64,000 nucleotides of DNA, from positions 1 through 64,000 of the forward strand of contig JBLNDL010000078.1 of assembly GCA_050261575.1 (NCBI GenBank), in the 5' to 3' direction. Made by a program: the position numbers and the translations under genes. This DNA is from Sphingomonadaceae bacterium (GTDB lineage: Bacteria; Chloroflexota; UBA6077). Below the pieces are notes generated by a model. The model did not search any database and was not told the origin of the DNA. It saw only the letters and a list, made by a program, of their open reading frames with translations. Below, in pieces: positions 1-9,002 of this stretch. The stretch's first letter is position 1. The number at the start of each line of letters is the position of its first letter.

Positions 1-38
1 GATCGCATCCGGACCGTTCCGACGGTCCGGATGCGATC
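1..38. repeat. Perfect 17-bp inverted repeat (hairpin); terminator or REP-like element of the upstream gene
   Basis: GATCGCATCCGGACCGT-tccg-ACGGTCCGGATGCGATC; may extend past the window edge. Confidence 0.7.
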
Positions 39-77
39 GCCGGGCCCCCTCCTTACGCTGCTAACCTTCGCCAACCG

Positions 78-106
78 TTGACAAAGCGCCTGGGAATGCC
101 TATACT
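78..106 (+). promoter_or_regulatory. Sigma70-type promoter of infC
   Basis: TTGACA (78-83), 17-nt spacer, TATACT (101-106). Confidence 0.85.
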
Positions 107-200
107 TTTCATATAGGGGTAATGGTCCCCACAGGCCGACGACCAAAGGCGATTAGCGCCTGGCTGTCGGCTTAATACTATTGAGTGAAGAGGTGGAAGG

Positions 201-758
201 ATAACCAAGGATCTGCGAGTCAACGAGAAGATCCGCGTTCGCGAGGTTCGGCTCATCGGTGGTGAGGGTGAGCAGTTGGGCGTGATGCCCACTCAGGAAG
301 CCCTGCGAATCGCGGCTGAGCGCGGCCTGGACCTAGTCGAGGTTGCGCCCACGGCAGTTCCGCCTGTCTGCCGCTTGATGGACTACGGCAAGTACAAGTA
401 CGAGCAGACGAAGAAGGAGCGCGAGGCCAAGAAGAACCAGAAGATCGTGCTCCTTAAGGAGATGCGTCTCCGCCCGAAGATCGCGGAGGGGGATCTCGAC
501 TTCAAGACCAAGCTCGTCCAGAAGTTCCTGGAGGAAGGCGACAAGGTAAAGGTGACCATCGTCTTCAGGGGGCGGGAACTGGCCCATCCCCAGCTTGGCC
601 GCGAGTTGCTCGACGCCATGGTCGACAAGTTGAAGGGCGTCGCCAGTCTGGAGCGATCTCCCCTAATGGAGGGGAAGTCGATGTCCATGATCTTGGCGCC
701 GGCCAGCAGCAAGCCCGCCGCGACCCACGAGCAGCAGCCAGCGAGGTCCACCGCATAG
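201..758 (+). CDS. infC: Translation initiation factor IF-3 with non-canonical ATA start
   Basis: Frame of track ORF 276..758 stays open upstream as I-T-K-D-L-R-V-N-E-K-I-R-V-R-E-V-R-L-I-G (conserved IF3 N-terminus); ATA at 201 follows SD-like GAGGTGG; motifs LDLVEV, PPVCRLMDYGKYKYE, KEMRLRP, GDKVKV. Confidence 0.95.
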   Translation: MTKDLRVNEKIRVREVRLIGGEGEQLGVMPTQEALRIAAERGLDLVEVAPTAVPPVCRLMDYGKYKYEQTKKEREAKKNQKIVLLKEMRLRPKIAEGDLDFKTKLVQKFLEEGDKVKVTIVFRGRELAHPQLGRELLDAMVDKLKGVASLERSPLMEGKSMSMILAPASSKPAATHEQQPARSTA

Positions 759-780
759 CCCCTTCAGTACGTGATATCCA

Positions 781-808
781 AAGCCCTGCCCCTCGACGGG
801 CAGGGCTT
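781..808 (+). terminator. Hairpin after infC, probable terminator
   Basis: AAGCCCTGCCC-ctcgac-GGGCAGGGCTT, 11-bp stem, weak U-tract. Confidence 0.55.
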
Positions 809-833
809 CGTCGTGTGAACCCGGTCTGGAGAG

Positions 834-1289
834 ATGAGCACGCGCACACCGAATCCATCCCAGCTCTACCTGGTGCTCACGTTAGGGACGGTGGCCGCCA
901 TCGTGGTCGTGGCTGGTTTCTGGTTGGACCGCCAGGACAGAGCGATGGGGCCGGAAACCCCAGTGGTCGCCTACGCCACCGCGATCGGGCGGAAGGACCT
1001 GTCCGGGGCTCTGGATCAGGTGGCTGCCGAGGTACGGGGAGAGTCCAGGTCATTCGTCGAGAACCAACTGGGGAACCACTACGCGATCCTGGAAAGCGCG
1101 GTCCGCGGCGATTCGCTGCTGGATCGTCTCGCGGGCAGGCCCAGCGGTGGTGTCCGCGTGGCGGTCACCCTGGAGATCCAAGAGTGGAGGAAGGTCCCCG
1201 CCTGGCGGGCCACCGAGGAGCTACCGGTGGAGCGGCGCGACGGCCGCTGGTACCTGCTGAAACCGCCTCTCAAGCCAGATCAGGACTGA
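834..1289 (+). CDS. Hypothetical membrane-anchored protein (possible NTF2/DUF4878-like fold)
   Basis: SD GGAG, N-terminal hydrophobic helix, C-terminal V-x-x-x-D-G-R-W-Y-L pattern. Confidence 0.6.
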   Translation: MSTRTPNPSQLYLVLTLGTVAAIVVVAGFWLDRQDRAMGPETPVVAYATAIGRKDLSGALDQVAAEVRGESRSFVENQLGNHYAILESAVRGDSLLDRLAGRPSGGVRVAVTLEIQEWRKVPAWRATEELPVERRDGRWYLLKPPLKPDQD

Positions 1290-1429
1290 GCGCCATTCGC
1301 GACGCTCTCTTGGCAGTGGATCCTTGGTTGTCCGAAGCAGGCAGTCGATGACTTCGCCTCGATGGACGCCGGCGCCCCTGGTCCATCGGGGCTGTCCCAA
1401 CCCCGACTCCGTGACTGCGAGGACCGCAC

Positions 1430-3562
1430 TCAGTCCTCATCCCTGCCCGGGACCGTCTCCCCCTCGTCGCTCGCCTCCTCTGTGCGGATCAGCACCTCAC
1501 GCGAGCGCCCTCCCTCCGACACGCCGACGATGCCCTGCTCCTCCAACTCCTCCATCAGCCTGGCCGCGCGGTTGTAGCCGATCCGCAGCTTCCGCTGCAG
1601 CAGGGAAACAGACACCTGGCTGTGCTGGGAGACCACCTCCACTGCCTGTTCGAAGAGATCGTCTGTCTCCTCCTCTTCCACGGGCTCGAAGGCGACGGCC
1701 TCCGCCACCTCCGCGACGAACTCGGGCGGTCTCGACTTCTTCCAGTAGTCCACCAGGTCCCGAATCTCGCCGTCGGAGACGTAGGTGCCCTGGAGCCGAA
1801 CCGGCTTGGCCGCATCGGGCGGCATGTAGAGCATGTCTCCTTTTCCCAGAAGCTTCTCGGCGCCGGCCTGGTCGAGGATCGTGCGGGAGTCCACCTGACT
1901 GGTGACGGCGAAGGAGATTCGGGTGGGGAAGTTCGCCTTGATCAGGCCGGTCACGACGTCGACGGAAGGACGCTGGGTCGCGACCACCAGATGTATCCCG
2001 GTTGCCCGCGCCAGTTGGGCCAGGCGGCAGATGATCTTCTCCACCTCGTCCGGCGCAACCATCATCAGGTCCGCCAACTCGTCGATGATCACCACGATGA
2101 ATGGCAACGGGAGGTCGGATCCCTTTCCCGAGACCATGCGGTTGAACGAGTCGATGTTGCGAGCGCCCCGAGCCGCGAATAGACGGTAACGCCGCTCCAT
2201 CTCCCGCACGACCCATTTCAGCGATGGCACCACCTTCTCCATTTCGGTGACGACGGGGGTGAGAAGGTGGGGGACCCCGTTGAACGGCATCAACTCGACC
2301 ATCTTCGGGTCGATCATCAGCATCCGAAGGTCGTCTGGGGAGCACTGATACAGCAGGGCGGAGATGAAGCTATTGAGACAGACGCTCTTGCCCGAGCCGG
2401 TGGATCCGGCTATCAACAGGTGGGGCATCTTCGCCAGGTCGGCCACCACGGGGCTGCCTGAGACGTCACGCCCCAGAGCGAGCCGCAGCCGCCCCTTGCT
2501 CTTCAGGTAGGCGTTGCTCTCCAGCAGATCGCGAATGGCAACCACCGCCACCGAGCCGTTGGGCACCTCGATTCCCACCACCTGTTTCCCCGGGACAGGC
2601 GCTTCCATCCTCAGAGGGGCCGCAGCCAGCCGCAACGCCAGGTCGTTCCCCAGGGCCATGATCCTGGACACCTTCACCCCCACCCCGGGCTCCACCCCGA
2701 ACTGGGTTACCGCCGGACCCTGGTTCACCTCCACCACACGAGCCTCAACGCCGAAGCTTCGCAGTGTCTCCTCGATGATGCGTATGCGCTGCCGGACGTC
2801 GATCTGAGAGATCTCCGCATCGGGGATCCTCTCGAAAATGTCGATGGGGGGCAGGCTCCATTGGCCGCGCCTGGACTGCTGGGGCCTCGATGCAGCTTCG
2901 CCACCTCCCTCGGCTCGGGTCGCATCAGCCGGCTTCGGCTTCTTGGGCTCGGCCTTGGGCGCCAGTGCAGGCTCCTCGAAGTGGGAGTCCATCTCTTCGT
3001 CTTCCCTGCGGGCAGCCCACCACTCCGCCAGGAGCCCGAGACCCGTGCTCACGAGTTCGACGACACGTCTGGGATGTACCCAGAATCCGAGGAATCCCCC
3101 GGCCACGAGCCCCACCGCCAGCAAGACGGCGCTCCCAAAGGTGCCCAGGTTCCCAGCTAGAGGGGCAACCACCAGGAGGCCCAGCCATCCCCCGCCCTGT
3201 CCGGCGTCCGCTCGCGCGTGGGAGTCGGCCTCGCCGACGGGGATGAGGTGAAGCATGCCGAGGAAGGAGAGGAGCAGTAGGACGTCGCCCGCCACCTGCC
3301 AGCGTCTGAGCCGGAAATCGGGGTCCAATTGCGCCCTGACAATCGTCCCACCGGCCCACATCACCGACACCGGTATGGCCATCGCCCCCCACCCGGCGCC
3401 CCGGAGTAGGAACCAGTTGATCCCACCGGTCACGGGACCCTCGGGGAAGAGCAGGCTGAGCAGCATGACCACCCCGCCCAGGAACAGCGCCACACCGACC
3501 AGCTTGCGCTGCAGCTCGGGGCTAAGGGCAGGATCTCTCTTCTTCGCGGACTTGGAAGGCAA
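1430..3562 (-). CDS. ftsK: DNA translocase FtsK/SpoIIIE
   Basis: N-terminal TM helices, PHLLIAGSTGSGKS Walker A, IIDELADLMM Walker B, ATQRPSVDVVTG, gamma domain SLLQRKLRIGYNRAARL. Confidence 0.97.
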   Translation of the reverse strand: MPSKSAKKRDPALSPELQRKLVGVALFLGGVVMLLSLLFPEGPVTGGINWFLLRGAGWGAMAIPVSVMWAGGTIVRAQLDPDFRLRRWQVAGDVLLLLSFLGMLHLIPVGEADSHARADAGQGGGWLGLLVVAPLAGNLGTFGSAVLLAVGLVAGGFLGFWVHPRRVVELVSTGLGLLAEWWAARREDEEMDSHFEEPALAPKAEPKKPKPADATRAEGGGEAASRPQQSRRGQWSLPPIDIFERIPDAEISQIDVRQRIRIIEETLRSFGVEARVVEVNQGPAVTQFGVEPGVGVKVSRIMALGNDLALRLAAAPLRMEAPVPGKQVVGIEVPNGSVAVVAIRDLLESNAYLKSKGRLRLALGRDVSGSPVVADLAKMPHLLIAGSTGSGKSVCLNSFISALLYQCSPDDLRMLMIDPKMVELMPFNGVPHLLTPVVTEMEKVVPSLKWVVREMERRYRLFAARGARNIDSFNRMVSGKGSDLPLPFIVVIIDELADLMMVAPDEVEKIICRLAQLARATGIHLVVATQRPSVDVVTGLIKANFPTRISFAVTSQVDSRTILDQAGAEKLLGKGDMLYMPPDAAKPVRLQGTYVSDGEIRDLVDYWKKSRPPEFVAEVAEAVAFEPVEEEETDDLFEQAVEVVSQHSQVSVSLLQRKLRIGYNRAARLMEELEEQGIVGVSEGGRSREVLIRTEEASDEGETVPGRDED

Positions 3563-3659
3563 AGAAAGACTCCGTGGCGTGGGGCGAGGCGCTCTGCCCC
3601 GCCGCCAGATCTAAGACACCGCCCGGGCGGCGGGTAGCGGCGCCGCCCCTCGGCCGGCG

Positions 3660-3733
3660 CTAAGCAGGCATCTCCAATTCATGTCGGCTTCTCTGGCTGG
3701 AAACGTGTACTCTATCCAGAGATACCTGCTCAG
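3660..3733 (-). mobile_element. 74-bp TIR repeat (MITE-like), copy 1; overlaps rnj stop codon
   Basis: CTAAGCAGGCATCTC...GAGATACCTGCTCAG; aligns end to end with copies at 13620, 22707, 46455. Confidence 0.75.
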
Positions 3734-5394
3734 ATCTCCTGGACGACCGGCAGGATCATCGGCCTGCGGCGAGTCTGCTCGTACAGGAACTTCCCGACCG
3801 CTTCCTTGATCTTGGACTGCATGAAGCCCAGCTCAGCCATTCCGGCCCCGTCGACCTCCAGCGCCTTCAGGGCCCGCTCCTTGGCTGCCTCCAGCAGTTC
3901 CTCCGAGTTGCGAGCGTAGACGAAGCCGCGCGACACCAGGTCTGGTCCCGCCACTATCCGCCCCGACTGCCGGTCCACCGTCACCACCACGATCAGGACC
4001 CCATCCTTGGCGAGCAACTGTCGATCGCGGAGCACGACCTCGCCCACCTCGCCGACGGTCACGCCATCCACCAGCACGTCCCCCGCCTGCACCTTTCCGG
4101 TGATCTTGCCGTAGTTCCCCTGCTGGCGAAACTCCATCACCGTCCCGAGGTCGGCCATCAGCACGTTGCTGGGCGGGATCCCGCACTCCTCCGCCAACCG
4201 CTTGTACAGCACCATGTGGCGGTACTCCCCGTGAGCGGGCACCACGAACTGCGGTCTGAGCAGATTGATCATCAACCTCAACTCCTCCCTGCTGGCGTGA
4301 CCCGACACATGAACGGTGGAGTCCGAGCCGTAGATCACGTCGACACCCTGACGGAAGAGGTTGTTGATGGTGCGGGCGACCGCCTCCTCGTTCCCAGGAA
4401 CCGGAGTCGCCGAGATGATGACGGTATCGCCTTGCTTGAGCTGGATGTGGCGGTGCTCCTGGTTCGCTATCCGGCTGAGCACCGAGGTCGGCTCTCCCTG
4501 GGATCCAGTAGTGACGTAGAGGATCTTGTCGGGCGGAAGCTTGTTGACATCTTCCACCCGCAGCAGGGCGCCGTCCGGGATGGTGATGTAATCCAACTCC
4601 TGCGCGATAGCGATGTTGTTCTCCATGCTGCGCCCCACCACCGCCGTCTTTCGGCCGTAGCGGTGAGCAGCGTGGATGGCCTGCTGCACCCTGGAGATAT
4701 TGGAGGCGAAGGTGGTGATCAGCACCCTTCCCTCTGCCCTCTGGAAGACCCGATCGAAGGTCTCCATGACCAGCCTCTCGGAGGGGGTGAAACCGGGCTG
4801 CTCCACGCGTGTGCAGTCGGAGACCAGCACCATCACCCCCCTTGCCCCCAACTCCGCCAGCCGGCCGAAATCGGTTACCTTCCCGTCCATCGGGCTCTGG
4901 TCGAACTTGAAGTCGCCCGTGTACACCACGGTACCAACCGGCGAGTGCACCGCCACCAGCAGGGCGTCCGGAATGCTGTGGGCGACCCGGATGAACTCCA
5001 CAGTGAAATCACCCAACTGCACGGAGTCGCCAGACTCCACCACCAACTGCTCCACTGAACCAAGCAGCCGGTGCTCCTTCAGCTTCACCGAAATGAGACC
5101 CTGAGCCAGCTTCGTGGCGTAGACGGGCACGTTAAGCTGGGGAAGGATGTAGGGGAGGGCCCCCGTGTGGTCCTCGTGTCCGTGGGAGATGATGATCGCG
5201 CGGACCTTGTCGCGGTTCTCCAGGAGATAGCTGATGTCCGGGATAACCAGGTCGATCCCGAGCATCTCGTCCTCGGGAAACATCAGCCCGCAGTCGAGGA
5301 CGATGATGTCATCGCCGAACTCGACCACCCATAGATTCTTGCCGATCTCGCCCACCCCACCAAGGGGTATAACCTTAAGCCTTCTTTGGGCCAA
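3730..5394 (-). CDS. rnj: Ribonuclease J
   Basis: PLGGVGEIGKN, SHGHEDH, HSIPD, TGDFKFD, TGSQGEP, HVSGH, RRPMILPV motifs. Confidence 0.97.
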   Translation of the reverse strand: MAQRRLKVIPLGGVGEIGKNLWVVEFGDDIIVLDCGLMFPEDEMLGIDLVIPDISYLLENRDKVRAIIISHGHEDHTGALPYILPQLNVPVYATKLAQGLISVKLKEHRLLGSVEQLVVESGDSVQLGDFTVEFIRVAHSIPDALLVAVHSPVGTVVYTGDFKFDQSPMDGKVTDFGRLAELGARGVMVLVSDCTRVEQPGFTPSERLVMETFDRVFQRAEGRVLITTFASNISRVQQAIHAAHRYGRKTAVVGRSMENNIAIAQELDYITIPDGALLRVEDVNKLPPDKILYVTTGSQGEPTSVLSRIANQEHRHIQLKQGDTVIISATPVPGNEEAVARTINNLFRQGVDVIYGSDSTVHVSGHASREELRLMINLLRPQFVVPAHGEYRHMVLYKRLAEECGIPPSNVLMADLGTVMEFRQQGNYGKITGKVQAGDVLVDGVTVGEVGEVVLRDRQLLAKDGVLIVVVTVDRQSGRIVAGPDLVSRGFVYARNSEELLEAAKERALKALEVDGAGMAELGFMQSKIKEAVGKFLYEQTRRRPMILPVVQEI

Positions 5395-5611
5395 CTGTTC
5401 CTCACCAAATCAACTCAGGCCGATGGTTGCTGGCGTCAGCGGCCAGCCACCGGCGAAAGCATCGCGGCTCGCCTGCGACCAGCCGGGCATCGGCGGCCAG
5501 GCGAATGCCCCCGGTGGAGTGCGCACTCCATGCCAGGGAGTTCGACTCCATCCACAGACTCCCGTCCAGCACCAACGCCACGCTGAGGCATCGGCTGCAG
5601 TGCAACCGTCT

Positions 5612-6223
5612 TCAGAACAGGCTCAACTGAGAGGGCTTCTCCTGCGGAGGCTCCTCGCCCTGGCCCATGCTGGATGCCACTGCGACGAGGTTGGGGATCT
5701 TGAGCATGTCCTGCTCGATGGTACGTCGGAGTGCCGGCTGGTGCAACGCCGCCGCGGGATGGTACATGGCAAAGCAGAGCATGCCGTTCTTCACGCATGT
5801 GGTGCCGTGCAACTCCCTTATGCCCTTCCCAGGGGGAAAGAACTTGGCCATTGAGAAGCGGCCCAGGGTAACCAGAAGCTTCGGCTTGATCGCGGCGATC
5901 TGGCGATCCAGATAGCAGGCGCAGGCCTCCATCTCCTCCGGCAGCGGGTCGCGGTTCTGCGGGGGCCTGCACTTGATCACGTTGGCGATGAAGACTTCGG
6001 AGCGTTTCAGGGACACCGACTCCAGCAGTTGCTCGAGGAACTGCCCCGCAGGTCCAACGAAGGGACGCCCTTGCTGGTTCTCGTACCAGCCGGGAGCCTC
6101 GCCCACGAACATTATGTCGGCATCCGGATTGCCTTCTCCGGGCACGGTCAGATTCCGAGTCTTGGCAAGGTCACATCGATGACAAGCAGCTATCTCCCGC
6201 GCAATGGCCTCAAGCTCGGACAT
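5612..6223 (-). CDS. Uracil-DNA glycosylase family 4 (Fe-S type)
   Basis: CHRCDL, VGEAPG, GRPFVGPAG, NVIKCRPPQNRDP, YHPAAAL; ATG at 6223 preceded by GGAGG. Confidence 0.93.
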   Translation of the reverse strand: MSELEAIAREIAACHRCDLAKTRNLTVPGEGNPDADIMFVGEAPGWYENQQGRPFVGPAGQFLEQLLESVSLKRSEVFIANVIKCRPPQNRDPLPEEMEACACYLDRQIAAIKPKLLVTLGRFSMAKFFPPGKGIRELHGTTCVKNGMLCFAMYHPAAALHQPALRRTIEQDMLKIPNLVAVASSMGQGEEPPQEKPSQLSLF

Positions 6224-6257
6224 CCGGCCCTCCCGTAGAGCGTGTTCTCTCGTCTTG

Positions 6258-6286
6258 ATAGTATCATCGGCACTGGACCGCGTCAA
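6258..6286 (-). promoter_or_regulatory. Sigma70-type promoter of the UDG gene (possibly also rnj-ftsK)
   Basis: Minus strand TTGACG-17 nt-TACTAT with extended -10 TG. Confidence 0.7.
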
Positions 6287-6308
6287 TTTGGTGGCGAGTT
6301 CTCGCCTG

Positions 6309-6317
6309 TGGTATACT
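6309..6317 (+). promoter_or_regulatory. Extended -10 promoter of rpsF-ssb-rpsR
   Basis: TG-g-TATACT, divergent from the UDG promoter. Confidence 0.6.
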
Positions 6318-6393
6318 GCTTCCGGTCAAAGGAATAAGCAGTGTCGCCGGCCTGTGGATACCACTCGGGCGGCGGCCGTGGCGGCGATGCCGT

Positions 6394-6471
6394 CACCTTT
6401 CTGCTCCTGGCCCGCCGACCATCCGCACCGGTCGGACATCGGGGCAGGGGCAATCCCAAAGAAAGGAGGTG
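6394..6471 (+). promoter_or_regulatory. Putative S6:S18 ribosomal leader RNA
   Basis: CACCTTTC can pair with SD-containing GAAAGGAGGTG; inner TGCTCCTGGCCC/GGGGCAGGGGCA stem; position directly before rpsF. Confidence 0.5.
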
Positions 6472-6476
6472 CGAGG

Positions 6477-6761
6477 TTGCGGGACTACGAGCTCATGACC
6501 GTCTTCAGGCCGGATCTGGAGGAGCAACCCCTTCAGGAGGCCGTCGAGCGGGTCAACACGCTGATCGCGGCGCGGGGCGGCGAGGTCACCAGTAGCGAAC
6601 CCTGGGGGCGCCGCCGGCTTGCCTACCCCATCAAGGACTTTCGGGACGGACTGTACAACATCACCCGCCTCAAGCTGGATCCCAAGGCCGCCGACGAACT
6701 CGAACGAAGTCTCATGCTGAACGATCAGATCATCCGCTATTTGTTGCTACGTGTAGAGTAA
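6477..6761 (+). CDS. rpsF: 30S ribosomal protein S6
   Basis: TTG start after AAAGGAGGT; RDYELM, WGRRRLAYPIK. Confidence 0.96.
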   Translation: MRDYELMTVFRPDLEEQPLQEAVERVNTLIAARGGEVTSSEPWGRRRLAYPIKDFRDGLYNITRLKLDPKAADELERSLMLNDQIIRYLLLRVE

Positions 6762-6776
6762 GAGGGAGGTTCGGGG

Positions 6777-7178
6777 ATGGCGGGTCTGTGCAAAGCGACG
6801 ATCATCGGCAATCTTGGGCGCGACCCCGAGATGCGCTACACACCCAGCGGCAAGCCGGTCACATCCTTCTCCGTCGCCTGCAATCACGTCTACACGGCGG
6901 CAGATGGGGAACGGAAAGAGGAGACCGAGTGGTTCAGGGTCAGTGCCTGGGGGAAACTCGCCGAGACCTGCAGCCAGTATCTCAAGAAGGGCAGCAGGGT
7001 ATTCGTGGAGGGGCGTCTTCGGACCAGGACCTGGGAAGGCCAGGACGGGCAGAAGCGCACCGACATCGAGATTGTGGCCAGCGACATGCGCATCCTCGAC
7101 GCCAGGTCCCGCTCGGAAACGGGTGACATGGCGGCCGAGGAGCAGGGCCCGGTCGACGCCGACCAGATCCCGTTCTAA
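6777..7178 (+). CDS. ssb: Single-stranded DNA-binding protein
   Basis: IIGNLGRDPEMRYTPSG, EWFRV, VEGRLRTR, C-terminal DQIPF. Confidence 0.97.
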   Translation: MAGLCKATIIGNLGRDPEMRYTPSGKPVTSFSVACNHVYTAADGERKEETEWFRVSAWGKLAETCSQYLKKGSRVFVEGRLRTRTWEGQDGQKRTDIEIVASDMRILDARSRSETGDMAAEEQGPVDADQIPF

Positions 7179-7226
7179 CCCAACCCTCCGGCGCGTTTGC
7201 GCATCAAGAGTGAGAGGGAGACCACG

Positions 7227-7535
7227 TTGGCTGCACCAGCTAGACCGCAAAGGCCGGCGGGGCGGCGCCCAGAGGGCGGAAAGCCTCGCTACACCCCACG
7301 CCGGAAGGTGTGTGCCTTCTGCGTGGATAAGATCGATAACGTCGATTACAAGGATGTCGCCCGACTCCGGCGATACCTCTCCGACCGAGGCAAGATCGAG
7401 CCTAGGCGGAAGACCGGCACCTGCGCCAAGCACCAGCGCCGGCTCACCATCGCCCTCAAGCGGGCAAGACACGTCGCGTTGCTGCCCTACACCGCTGAGC
7501 ACATCCGCGAGAGCGGGATCTCCATTCGCGGTTAG
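7227..7535 (+). CDS. rpsR: 30S ribosomal protein S18 (Zn-binding type)
   Basis: [32 protein letters not shown] start after GAGGGAG. Confidence 0.95.
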   Translation: MAAPARPQRPAGRRPEGGKPRYTPRRKVCAFCVDKIDNVDYKDVARLRRYLSDRGKIEPRRKTGTCAKHQRRLTIALKRARHVALLPYTAEHIRESGISIRG

Positions 7536-7562
7536 CGGCGGCGTGACGGTTCGTCGCGAGGT

Positions 7563-7590
7563 GTAGGGGCGGGTCTCGGACCCGCCCCTA
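7563..7590. repeat. GTAG-type REP palindrome, copy 1
   Basis: GTAGGGGCGGGTC-tcg-GACCCGCCCCTA; related copy at 8942. Confidence 0.7.
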
Positions 7591-7632
7591 TCGGTTGTCG
7601 CACCAACATCTAATAGCCAGCTAGAGGACGGC

Positions 7633-8925
7633 ATGCCGAACAAGGAGCCAGTCTCGAGATCGACCCAACAACCCGCCAGCGGTTCCAGCCCGCGGAGCGC
7701 CGCGCCCCAGAGAAACCCTGGCCGGCGCATGTCCAGGGAGGAGCTATCACGCCACGAGCGCGAGGTGCGCGCCAACCGTATGATCGTCGCCGGCATGGGA
7801 GTGGTGATTCTGCTGGCGATCGCCATTCTGGGCTTCGGCTGGTACCGGGAGTACGTGGCCCGAGCCTCCCAGACGGTGGCCACGGTGGCAGGCCAGTCCA
7901 TTTCCATCGACCACTACGCCAGAATGCTGGACTTCCGCCGGAAGGCCACGGAGCAGCAGATCGCCTCCATGCAGATCCAGCTTCAAACCCCCGGCAACGA
8001 GGCGCTGGCGGACCTCTTTCGCCAGGAGATCCAGCAGCTTCAGCTAACCCTCCTGCTGCTGCCAAACCAGACCCTGGACCAGCTCATCGACGAGCAATTG
8101 ATTCGCCAGGAGGCGGCCCGCCGCGGGATAACCGTCTCCCCTGAGGAGATCGACGACGAGATCAACAACAGCTTTGGGGATCCTCCCGCGCCCGAGCCCA
8201 CAGCAGATGCAGGCGGCTCGACCGACCCGGCCGCCGCGGCTACCCCCGACGGCGGCGCGACCCTGGCGCCAACCACGGCGTCCGCTGACAGTCCTGCCCC
8301 GCCCACAGCGGGCGCGACGCCGGAGAGCAGTCCGACGCCTGCCCCCACGGCAGACGTGAAGGCTCGTGTGGACAGCTACCTGGCTGCCTATGGGCTCACC
8401 GAGAGCGAATTCCGGGCGCTCGTCGAGACACAGGTCCTGTTCCGGAAGCTCCAGGACGCCATGGGGGCCGAGGCTCCCACCTCTGCGGAGCAGGTCAGGG
8501 CTCGCCACATCCTGGTAGACACCGAGGAGAAGGCGAAGGAGATCGCCGAAAGGATCAAGGCAGGGGCCAGTTTCGAGGAGATGGCCAAGGCGGAATCCAC
8601 CGACTCCGCCACGAAGGAGCAGGGTGGTGATCTAGGCTGGTTCCCCAGGGGGCAGATGGTGGCGGAGTTCGACAACGCCGTGTTCGAGCTGCCCGTCGGG
8701 CAGGTTAGCGCCCCGGTCAGCACCCCCTTCGGGTGGCACCTCATCGAGGTGCTGGAGAAGGCTCAGGACCGCCCGCTCGACGAACAGGCGCTTGCCCAAC
8801 GTAGAAGCCAGGTCCTGTTCGACTGGCTCGCCGAGGCCAGGATCGGCACCGACGTCAAGCGCAGCCTGACCGAGGAAGACAAGAAGTGGGTCTACAAGCG
8901 GATCAAGTGGTCCCCGGACACTTAG
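7633..8925 (+). CDS. Membrane-anchored PpiC-type peptidyl-prolyl isomerase (PrsA/SurA-like foldase)
   Basis: N-terminal TM, SurA-N-like helices, VRARHILV, GGDLGWF, GQMVAEF, PVSTPFGWHLI; Pro/Ala/Thr-rich insert. Confidence 0.9.
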   Translation: MPNKEPVSRSTQQPASGSSPRSAAPQRNPGRRMSREELSRHEREVRANRMIVAGMGVVILLAIAILGFGWYREYVARASQTVATVAGQSISIDHYARMLDFRRKATEQQIASMQIQLQTPGNEALADLFRQEIQQLQLTLLLLPNQTLDQLIDEQLIRQEAARRGITVSPEEIDDEINNSFGDPPAPEPTADAGGSTDPAAAATPDGGATLAPTTASADSPAPPTAGATPESSPTPAPTADVKARVDSYLAAYGLTESEFRALVETQVLFRKLQDAMGAEAPTSAEQVRARHILVDTEEKAKEIAERIKAGASFEEMAKAESTDSATKEQGGDLGWFPRGQMVAEFDNAVFELPVGQVSAPVSTPFGWHLIEVLEKAQDRPLDEQALAQRRSQVLFDWLAEARIGTDVKRSLTEEDKKWVYKRIKWSPDT

Positions 8926-8941
8926 AGCAGACCGCACCATC

Positions 8942-8964
8942 GGGGCGGGTCTGAGACCCGCCCC
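8942..8964. repeat. REP palindrome, copy 2, between convergent genes
   Basis: GGGGCGGGTC-tga-GACCCGCCCC. Confidence 0.65.
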
Positions 8965-9002
8965 AGCCCGCTCTGAACCGCAAGCGCGTTCCCCGATCGC
9001 CA

